Sequence record: OQ718158.1
Direction: 5' to 3' (one strand)
DNA length: 64,000 nucleotides
The number at the start of each line of letters is the position of its first letter. Position 1 is the stretch's first letter. The notes beneath the pieces are model-generated. The model saw only the letters and a program-made list of their open reading frames with translations. It was not told the DNA's origin and did not search any database. The translations under genes were made by a program, and so were the position numbers. Positions 56,657 through 63,848 of this stretch are shown piece after piece.

Positions 56657-56729
56657 ATCAGGACGGGGAACGAAACAAGTAACCCCGTTAAGTAGTCCAG
56701 GAGTAAGACATACGAAAAACTCCCCTGAT
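56657..56729 (+). ncRNA. candidate structured small RNA with H-type pseudoknot (copy B)
   Basis: GTC/GAC and GGAG/CTCC stems; ATCAGG/CCTGAT closing stem; own promoter; no ORF. Confidence 0.75.
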
Positions 56730-56798
56730 AAAATAGTTTGACAATAGAAAGTAAACGAGTATAATACTTACATCAACCACTGATAAGGAAACATTAAA

Positions 56799-57074
56799 AT
56801 GCGGATTCTACTGACAGCTAACGAAATCGAACAAGTACTGACTACTAACCTGGAAGACTGGAAACGTGAAGCAGATATCCAGGCGGTTCAATGGCTTAAT
56901 GATAAGTTAACGCCGGATGATTTAAGTAAGATTGTAGATCCTCAATTCTACGAAGATATTCACGACACCGCGTTAAGCGTCGAGGATGTACTTGATAAGC
57001 ACTACATTGATACTGATTTACATGTTTACGGTCGTAAAAACTTTATCACTATTCACGACATTTACAATACTTAA
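56799..57074 (+). CDS. acidic early protein
   Basis: own promoter, AAGGA SD, D/E-rich. Confidence 0.72.
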   Translation: MRILLTANEIEQVLTTNLEDWKREADIQAVQWLNDKLTPDDLSKIVDPQFYEDIHDTALSVEDVLDKHYIDTDLHVYGRKNFITIHDIYNT

Positions 57075-57160
57075 GTATTGACAAAGTATCTTAGTACTGT
57101 ATAATAGTTTACATCGAGAGGGGAAACGGTTCCCCTCCTAACAAAGAGAGAGAAATAAAA

Positions 57161-57343
57161 ATGGCTAAGTGCACTATCTGCAAGAAAGAAATAGTATTAG
57201 TTCCAAGTGCCCGTGAACGTGCCGCTCGGTTTGGTGGCAAAGCGTCAGACTATACAAAAATGTTTACTGCCCATACAGCTTGCCAGGTAGCAAAACGTTC
57301 ACAAGAAAGCGTAGAATTAATGCGTAAACTTTCCAAAAAATAA
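57161..57343 (+). CDS. small Zn-finger-like early protein
   Basis: CTIC...H..C. Confidence 0.72.
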   Translation: MAKCTICKKEIVLVPSARERAARFGGKASDYTKMFTAHTACQVAKRSQESVELMRKLSKK

Positions 57344-57430
57344 GTATTGACAAAGTATCTTAGTACTGTATAATAGTTTACATCAAGCGAGGGGAATGGT
57401 TCCCCTCCTAACAAAGAGAGAGAAATAAAA

Positions 57431-57754
57431 ATGGCTATGATCCTTACCCAGAAAGTAGAACTGAAAATTGTAACCTCCTTTGACATTAACGTTAATCGGT
57501 GGACTGATTCACACGGCAATACTTACCACTCTTGCTACGTGTCTGCGTTAATTGGCGACCGCTGGGAAGACCTGGGACACGAAACCTTTACATACGGTTA
57601 CGGTACACAAGGCGAATACACGGGCTTGGAGATCATTAAAGAAACCGTTATAGGTTTCAACCCGAAAGAAAAAGTTATTCACCGCATCGAGGAAGAGATC
57701 AACAAAGAAATAACAGTTCGATACAACGATGTAAAACGTAAGAAAGACATGTAA
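57431..57754 (+). CDS. early conserved phage protein (paralog of 50934)
   Basis: RWTDSHGNTYHSC...FTYGYG...DVKRKKD. Confidence 0.8.
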   Translation: MAMILTQKVELKIVTSFDINVNRWTDSHGNTYHSCYVSALIGDRWEDLGHETFTYGYGTQGEYTGLEIIKETVIGFNPKEKVIHRIEEEINKEITVRYNDVKRKKDM

Positions 57755-57849
57755 TAGAATCCATTTAAAGTACTATTTGACATTGCCCAGATAGTACTTT
57801 ATAATAGACTCTAACTTGTAGTACTAACTCAACTAATAGGATGTATACC

Positions 57850-58245
57850 ATGATTACTAAATTCTACGCTACCCGTGAAGCTGCCCGTATTGTTGCACGC
57901 GAGGAAGGAGCAGCATTTAAAGACATGGGCAAAGATGCACCGAAAGGTCAACGCTGGGCCGTACAGTTCAAAGAAATCTCTGATATTGTGAATTCACCTG
58001 AGCCAGTACTGACAGCAGCAGAACTAAAACGAGCGGATATGCTGGCGGCAATACTTGACGCACAAGATGAGTTTATCGCTGATTCTGATATCAAAGTACA
58101 GGTAAACCACACCGCATGGACTCACGCGGATCACCTGGCAAACCTTAAGCGTCCAAGTGAACTGATTCGCAACCAGAAAGAGATCCGACACGACCGTAAG
58201 GGTAATCGTGTAACAGTATACAGTAAACGCCGCCAGGTTATCTAA
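57850..58245 (+). CDS. early hypothetical protein (paralog of 45336)
   Basis: FYATREAAR..GAAFKDMG...DRKGNRVTVY. Confidence 0.78.
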   Translation: MITKFYATREAARIVAREEGAAFKDMGKDAPKGQRWAVQFKEISDIVNSPEPVLTAAELKRADMLAAILDAQDEFIADSDIKVQVNHTAWTHADHLANLKRPSELIRNQKEIRHDRKGNRVTVYSKRRQVI

Positions 58246-58267
58246 TAACTTGCAGTACTAACAACAC

Positions 58268-58292
58268 GGCGGGATCAGTTCCCGCCTTTTTT
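58268..58292 (+). terminator. intrinsic terminator
   Basis: GGCGGGA-TCAGT-TCCCGCC-TTTTTT. Confidence 0.8.
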
Positions 58293-58306
58293 ATAGGACA
58301 AACAAC

Positions 58307-58561
58307 ATGATTAAGGTTCAACTATCAAACGATAATGTATTACGGGTACACTATAAAGCACCTCAGAGAATCATCACAAAGGCCGTACAGCTTGCTAATG
58401 AGTTTATTAATGGTAACCTATTACCTAGGAAGTTAAGCAACGGGAAACTGCGTGTAATCGACGTGGACACTAACAACAGGATAGTAATCGAGAACACAGG
58501 AAAGATAAACCTTTATGAGCATCAACAATACAATAAGAAAATAAAACTAATATCACGTTGA
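58307..58561 (+). CDS. hypothetical protein, possible RelE/ParE-like fold
   Basis: RKL..LRVIDV..NRIV..LYEHQQYN pattern. Confidence 0.45.
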   Translation: MIKVQLSNDNVLRVHYKAPQRIITKAVQLANEFINGNLLPRKLSNGKLRVIDVDTNNRIVIENTGKINLYEHQQYNKKIKLISR

Positions 58562-58614
58562 CAGTACTCAATTGTTTTAGTACTATGTACACATACCAAC
58601 ACGGGAGAAACAAA

Positions 58615-58833
58615 ATGAAATTATCTAAAATCGAAAAGAAAACTATTGATGAAGCAGTTAAGCACGGTTATACCTTTCGTAATGATTCACATTTTACCAA
58701 TTTTCAACAAGGGTATCGTACTATTAAAAAACTAATTGACAAAGGTTTATTAGTTGAAGTCAATAACGGTAACGGTATCGAGTATCAACCAACACAGGAC
58801 GCATTTTATTTTAAGAAATATAATATTATCTAA
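58615..58833 (+). CDS. early protein, possible winged helix
   Basis: true start MKLS; R.IKKLIDKGLL. Confidence 0.65.
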   Translation: MKLSKIEKKTIDEAVKHGYTFRNDSHFTNFQQGYRTIKKLIDKGLLVEVNNGNGIEYQPTQDAFYFKKYNII

Positions 58834-58890
58834 TTGACAGTACTCAAATGTTTTAGTACTATATGTACATACCAACACGGGGGAAACAAA

Positions 58891-59133
58891 ATGATTACTT
58901 TAGAAAAACGTATCAAAGAAACTACATCGCTGGTGGAACTGTTAACAGTACTCAAATGTAAAACAACACCATTCAGCACGCCGGACTTTATTAATATGGT
59001 TGATGTTAATGGTCGCTATCGTATCACGGTCGAACAAGGAGCGGCGAAAGTATTCAGTACTAAAAACACTAAGGAAGTGATCCACGCCGTTAATGTTAAA
59101 AAAGTAGTTGCCATTGATAGTAAAGTACTGTAA
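58891..59133 (+). CDS. early hypothetical protein
   Basis: true start MITL; promoter block duplicated from 58559. Confidence 0.68.
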   Translation: MITLEKRIKETTSLVELLTVLKCKTTPFSTPDFINMVDVNGRYRITVEQGAAKVFSTKNTKEVIHAVNVKKVVAIDSKVL

Positions 59134-59164
59134 TATAGTTTCATTAACTCAAGGAGAACATGCA

Positions 59165-59749
59165 ATGCGTAATTATACTAAATTCATCCGTACACTGTCA
59201 GAAATGGAAACCAACAAAGAGATCCTTTCAGCTTGTCGGTTAGCTGGACTGGAGATCATCGGTGCTGGTTCTTCCCGTATAGTATTCGCTTTAAATGATC
59301 GGTTAGTGATTAAGGTCGCGAATTGTGATGCGGGTGTAGAACAAAATGAAACTGAATGTAAGGTATGGAATTTTTTAGACTATGACCGCCCTCAGTTGAA
59401 ACAGTACTTTGCAAAGGTGCATATGCATTTATGCGATCCTGATAATATGTTTATCGTTATGGATCGGTTGAGTACTGCAAGTAAAGGCAGTGTGAAGCAC
59501 GTTAACGCGTGCAATGAATTAAAGTACAATATTAAACGTAATGCAATTGAACGCCAGCACCGCTTTGCTGATGCACTACAACACGTCGATGATACATTAT
59601 CAACACTAACGATAAGAGATATCAGAAAACAGAATATCGGCCAGGATCGTAATGGCCTTATTAAAGTACTTGATTACGGTTTAACCTGCAATATCTGGAA
59701 TCAGTACTATAAAAAGCGTGATGTGGCAGCAAGTAAGGTAACACGATAA
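59165..59749 (+). CDS. early protein-kinase-like protein
   Basis: GAGSSRIVF, LVIKVA, QNETE, RDIRKQNIG, VLDYG; ATG 59165 after AGGAG. Confidence 0.75.
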   Translation: MRNYTKFIRTLSEMETNKEILSACRLAGLEIIGAGSSRIVFALNDRLVIKVANCDAGVEQNETECKVWNFLDYDRPQLKQYFAKVHMHLCDPDNMFIVMDRLSTASKGSVKHVNACNELKYNIKRNAIERQHRFADALQHVDDTLSTLTIRDIRKQNIGQDRNGLIKVLDYGLTCNIWNQYYKKRDVAASKVTR

Positions 59750-59973
59750 AAAAGATTAAAAAAGGGATTGACTCCGGTCAGTCCCTTTGCTATTATATAT
59801 TCATTGAGAGATAACTCACTGACCCATAGGGTGCGGAAGTGTATCTATTATATAAGTATTCAGTACTGAAAACTATTTTAAAAAAAAGTACTTGCATTGT
59901 ACTTAGAATCAAGTATAATGTTTTATATCGAGAGGGGGAAATGGTTCTCCCTGGTATATTAAGGAATAAAATC

Positions 59974-60195
59974 ATGACTACAATGACTTGCATTTACGCT
60001 TCCAATCTTCTGAATGATGCGGCCTTTAATGTTGATTCAGAATATCAATGTTATCGGGATGAAAATAAAAAAGTTTTTGTAGTTGATAATAATGGTTTCC
60101 ATATTGAATTACAATCCGGCTTCACTGGCGTTGATGGTAAATCAGTATGGGGCGTACAGGATGATAAAGGTACATATCATTTTAAACGTAATTAA
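59974..60195 (+). CDS. early hypothetical protein
   Basis: true start MTTM 59974. Confidence 0.7.
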   Translation: MTTMTCIYASNLLNDAAFNVDSEYQCYRDENKKVFVVDNNGFHIELQSGFTGVDGKSVWGVQDDKGTYHFKRN

Positions 60196-60278
60196 GTATT
60201 GACAAAGTATCTTAGTACTGTATAATAGTTTACATCAAGGGGAGAATAGTTCTCCCCGATACTAAAAGGAATAAAATC

Positions 60279-60686
60279 ATGACTACTACTAATCAAGCTC
60301 GGTCCATCGCCAACGATAAAAATCATGCTGAAATGGTCGCTGGTTACATTGAAGCTATGCAATTCAGTACTGTACACAATGAGAACGGCGAATACCTGGA
60401 AGATTATGAATTATCAGAGCAAGCCCATCAAGCGGCAGTGATTGCATGTTCACGTTTCCTTGCTGTACATGGTGAAGATATGGAAACAGTACAAAAACAC
60501 CATAATCCTGATTATACTTATAGTCATGCGGGTCATGATCTCTTTCTTACTCGCGAAGGTCACGGCACTGGTTTTTGGGATCGTGATATCGGTCACTATG
60601 ATGATATATTCACTAAGTACTGCGAAGAAATCAACGTTTGCGATCCCTATGTAGGCGATGATAATCTAATCTATATGGGCGAATAA
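60279..60686 (+). CDS. early conserved phage protein (GHD.xLTR.GHG.GFWDR family)
   Basis: AGHDLFLTREGHGTGFWDR motif; acidic. Confidence 0.8.
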   Translation: MTTTNQARSIANDKNHAEMVAGYIEAMQFSTVHNENGEYLEDYELSEQAHQAAVIACSRFLAVHGEDMETVQKHHNPDYTYSHAGHDLFLTREGHGTGFWDRDIGHYDDIFTKYCEEINVCDPYVGDDNLIYMGE

Positions 60687-60773
60687 AAGTATTTGACAAA
60701 GTATATCAGTACTGTATAATAGTTTACATCAAGGGGAGAATAGTTCTCCCCACCAATAAAAGGAAACAAAATT

Positions 60774-61046
60774 ATGTCCAGCTACTCCGCTACTATGATC
60801 ATTAAAGATATGAACGGTAATCCTACTTCTGCTGGTGGATCATTTGGAAACATTAATTTAGATGGTCGGTTATCCATGCAATCAGCCATCGATGCAGCGA
60901 AAGAAGTTTTTAAGAATGAATGTACTGTAAGTAAGCTGGATTATATGGGATTCGCTATCGAAAAAACTAATCGTTTTGTGAACTACAAAAATCCACTGAT
61001 GATCGATACTAACCTGAAAGCAAACGAAGTGGGGTACTTATTATGA
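60774..61046 (+). CDS. early hypothetical protein
   Basis: LDGRLS..AI..A motif; AAGGA SD. Confidence 0.72.
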   Translation: MSSYSATMIIKDMNGNPTSAGGSFGNINLDGRLSMQSAIDAAKEVFKNECTVSKLDYMGFAIEKTNRFVNYKNPLMIDTNLKANEVGYLL

Positions 61047-61234
61047 CAGTAGAAGAAGTTAAAAAAGTACTGGCAGTACTACGCTATCATAATCATTGCA
61101 AGGTGAAGAATGATCCTGATTATCTCGATTCATCCCTGGAAGAGGATACACTACAAGCAATAAGCCATATGCAAAAAATGCTTAAGCGTATGACCGAAAA
61201 GAATAGGCCGGACTATATCGGAAATAAAATTTAA
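61043..61234 (+). CDS. early hypothetical protein
   Basis: ATGA coupling. Confidence 0.65.
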   Translation: MTVEEVKKVLAVLRYHNHCKVKNDPDYLDSSLEEDTLQAISHMQKMLKRMTEKNRPDYIGNKI

Positions 61235-61321
61235 AAAGTACTTGCATTGTAGTTAGATTAACGTATAATGTTTTATATCGAGAGGGGGAAATGGTTTCCC
61301 CTCAAGTCCAGGAGATACACC

Positions 61322-61585
61322 ATGAACACTATCGAAATCACTATCAATGCACACGTATACGACAACGTAGTACTGCAAACTACTATGACCGCTAATGATA
61401 CCAGTACTTTGCGGAATACTGTTATTAGTGCCGTATGTGCTGCAATCGGTGATGTCGCCCTGGAAAATGCAGAACACATCAACAACGGTTTCACTATGTG
61501 CAAACGTGATAACGCAAAACATATCATCGTAGAAGGTTACGGCGGTGTAGAATTTAATGTTTATATGAAAAAAGTACTTGCATAA
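61322..61585 (+). CDS. early hypothetical protein
   Basis: true start MNTI, AGGAG SD. Confidence 0.7.
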   Translation: MNTIEITINAHVYDNVVLQTTMTANDTSTLRNTVISAVCAAIGDVALENAEHINNGFTMCKRDNAKHIIVEGYGGVEFNVYMKKVLA

Positions 61586-61652
61586 TAACTAAAACAAAGT
61601 ATAATGTTTTGCATAGGGGGAGATATCCTCCCCCACTAAAAGGAGTAATAAA

Positions 61653-61877
61653 ATGGCTAACTTTGATGAACTGATGCGGGAAGTAGCTAACCTGGCAGAA
61701 GAGAAGAAATCATTCGATTCTATCTATAACACCGCTCACCGTGATTCAGTACTGGCATGTAACCAGGATCAAAAAGATGAACTAATCGCCACCTATCATG
61801 AAGCATGGAAGTACTACCGACAATGGGAGAAAGAAGAAAGTGAGTCTACCATCGAAGGTATCAATAATCTAATCTAA
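61653..61877 (+). CDS. early hypothetical protein
   Basis: AAGGAG SD, helical and acidic. Confidence 0.72.
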   Translation: MANFDELMREVANLAEEKKSFDSIYNTAHRDSVLACNQDQKDELIATYHEAWKYYRQWEKEESESTIEGINNLI

Positions 61878-61953
61878 AAGTTTTATTTCAGTACTATTGA
61901 CATAGCTTGATAGTACTGATGTAATAACTTTACTAACTACAAGGGGAAACATA

Positions 61954-62211
61954 ATGGATCAATTCACACAATATCGGGTAAATCCTCAATCTATGGCCTA
62001 CGTAGAAGACCATAAAACGTTACCAGTACTGCAACCAGTTAAAGGCCGTATCTATCGTGGCCTTGCCTGGGATACGGCCCAGGATGGATATAAAACCGTC
62101 GCCGTGGGGATGTATTGCGGGAATGGTGAATGGTTTGATCCTAACAATCCGATTGCACTTGACAGTACTGAAAAAATGAAATGGGCCGACTACATCGAAG
62201 ATATTTCATAA
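61954..62211 (+). CDS. early hypothetical protein
   Basis: promoter, GGGGA SD. Confidence 0.7.
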   Translation: MDQFTQYRVNPQSMAYVEDHKTLPVLQPVKGRIYRGLAWDTAQDGYKTVAVGMYCGNGEWFDPNNPIALDSTEKMKWADYIEDIS

Positions 62212-62301
62212 AAACTATTTGACAGTACTAACCAGTAATGTATAATGTTTTACATAGAGCGGGGGAATAGTTCTCCCGCCAATAGTTTGGAGTTAAACAT
62301 T

Positions 62302-62502
62302 ATGTCTATCGCTATCGCCCTGGTTGAAGTACTGAAAGAAGCTAAAGCCAACCTTATCGATGTACAGATTAAGGAATTGCAAAACGGCTTAATCGGCTGT
62401 ACTTGTACCGCTGGTGGAGCGGCAGACTATCGAGAACACGAATCACTCGAATCACTGGTTCGGTATCTTACCATGATCGTTGATGATTGGAGAATCATCT
62501 AA
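62302..62502 (+). CDS. early hypothetical protein
   Basis: true start MSIA, GGAG SD. Confidence 0.68.
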   Translation: MSIAIALVEVLKEAKANLIDVQIKELQNGLIGCTCTAGGAADYREHESLESLVRYLTMIVDDWRII

Positions 62503-62746
62503 CAAAAAAGAATAAAAAAGGGATTGACTCCGGTCAGTCCCTTTGCTATTATATACGCATAGACAAAAACTAGCCCACAGGGTGCATAAGTGTATCCAAA
62601 ATATATAGTTAATAACGGTGAGTAACTATCTGCTGGTGGAGTGAAAACTATTAATAAAAAAGTATTGACAAAGTATATCAGTACTGCAATAATGTATCTC
62701 GTAGGGCGGCAATGGTGCGACGGCCCACAAAGTTAGGAGCTTCAAA

Positions 62747-63079
62747 ATGACTACTTCAATCGCTATCGTTAAAGCTTTCATCCGTACTAATGTTTCCTCT
62801 GTATTCATCGACGGCCTCGACCGTAACGTAGAATACTCAATCATTATCGCACAAACGGCAAACGGTTCTCGGTACATCCTGAATGATAGTGAAGCAAATC
62901 ACTACTACTTCACTAAAGCCACTGGCTTTAAACGCATCGATGCTGATGTAGTATACGCTAAGATGAATAAGCTGGTAGATAAGATTAACGCTAAAGGTAC
63001 TATAGATTTACAGTACTGGACCGAAACCGATCCAGAATATGGATCTCACCGCTACCTGAATCCAGGTATTAAAATGTAA
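62747..63079 (+). CDS. early hypothetical protein
   Basis: AGGAG SD. Confidence 0.72.
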   Translation: MTTSIAIVKAFIRTNVSSVFIDGLDRNVEYSIIIAQTANGSRYILNDSEANHYYFTKATGFKRIDADVVYAKMNKLVDKINAKGTIDLQYWTETDPEYGSHRYLNPGIKM

Positions 63080-63168
63080 AAAGTACTTGCATAGTACTTA
63101 GATTCATGTATAATGTTTTACATAGAGAGGGGGAAATGGTTCTCCCTCCTAAATTAAGGAGTTTTATC

Positions 63169-63570
63169 ATGACCTTCTCAATCACTTCCTTCGCTGACGT
63201 TTTAGTACTGGCTCGGACTTTTGGTAAAGATGCACTGGAGTACGCTGTAAGTAATGGCACTATCCAACCGGAACAGTGCCGCATCATTGGAAACTGCAAA
63301 CGTTGGGCGGTATCCAATACTATTGCACTGGAAAACTTCAACGATGGCAACAATGAATATTCTGTTGATGCAGTATTCGAAGCCGTAGACCTGGGCGGTA
63401 TCTATAACACTAACCTGAATGATGTGCGTATCGTTCGCACGGGGTTCGGTGCTTATGATGTATCTATCCGTGAAGCTATGGACAATGGATACATTAGCAA
63501 GGACTTACTTGCTCACATCATGCAGCTATGGACGGAACGTAACGAAGCACGCACTATCTTAGGGCTGTAA
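63169..63570 (+). CDS. early hypothetical protein
   Basis: true start MTFS, AAGGAG SD. Confidence 0.72.
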   Translation: MTFSITSFADVLVLARTFGKDALEYAVSNGTIQPEQCRIIGNCKRWAVSNTIALENFNDGNNEYSVDAVFEAVDLGGIYNTNLNDVRIVRTGFGAYDVSIREAMDNGYISKDLLAHIMQLWTERNEARTILGL

Positions 63571-63594
63571 GCGTTACACATCACTAAACATCAT

Positions 63595-63614
63595 AGGCCG
63601 CTCTCTAGCGGCCT
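63595..63614 (+). terminator. hairpin, possible terminator or processing site
   Basis: AGGCCGC-TCTCTA-GCGGCCT, short T-tract. Confidence 0.45.
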
Positions 63615-63638
63615 TAACTATATCAGGAGGGCATACAT

Positions 63639-63848
63639 ATGTTCTATACAGTATATAGCGTTATAGGCACTATTGCAGGCGTACATGATAACGTCGATAG
63701 TGCTATGCGTACAGTACTGCAACAGGTTCCACTTAAGCCTAAGACCATTAAGCAGATGACAGCACGACTAACCAGGGCGACGGCTGGCGTGGAAGTATGG
63801 CAGGACTATGGGGATACACAGATAATCGTAAGCGTAACGAAGGATTAA
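63639..63848 (+). CDS. hypothetical protein
   Basis: AGGAGG SD. Confidence 0.65.
   Translation: MFYTVYSVIGTIAGVHDNVDSAMRTVLQQVPLKPKTIKQMTARLTRATAGVEVWQDYGDTQIIVSVTKD

Larger units (their letters stand above)
43575..62585. repeat. 11 dispersed promoter-linked CCCANNGGGTGC non-coding elements
   Basis: minus: 43575, 43791, 46062, 48044; plus: 43733 (variant), 46005, 52890, 54556, 56543, 59823, 62574. Confidence 0.85.
44140..63140 (+). promoter_or_regulatory. cluster of >40 repeated sigma70 early-promoter cassettes with 5-prime leader hairpins
   Basis: A-tract/AGTACT, TTGCAA or TTGACA, 16-17 bp, TATAAT/CATAAT, CATC, GGGGAR..TTCCCC hairpin, SD; e.g. 44151, 44611, 46168, 57078, 57348, 60198, 63087. 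Confidence 0.9.

Noticed and set aside
46203-56729. Hammerhead ribozyme or preQ1-I riboswitch identity for the pseudoknot RNAs
   Set aside because: CTGATAA is not CUGANGA and lies in the closing stem. The preQ1-I loop consensus and queuosine gene context are absent, so only the topology is similar.
43575-63140. Dispersed repeats read as a CRISPR array
   Set aside because: The units are promoters and leaders separated by 150-500 bp of coding DNA. There is no constant repeat-spacer period and no cas genes.
44178-63168. Recurring N-termini MFYIE(R/S)G..., MYNVL..., MTVL.CFST... in the ORF track
   Set aside because: These are translations of the repeated promoter and leader DNA. The ATG overlaps the TATAAT -10 box, and true starts lie downstream after SD sequences.
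1508-63353. Short antisense or alternate-frame ORFs in the track (e.g. 1508-, 5961-, 7373+, 7482-, 9932-, 27254+, 43495-, 49526-, 55300-, 63069-)
   Set aside because: They overlap better-supported genes or promoter cassettes, lack SD sequences, and read as shadow frames.
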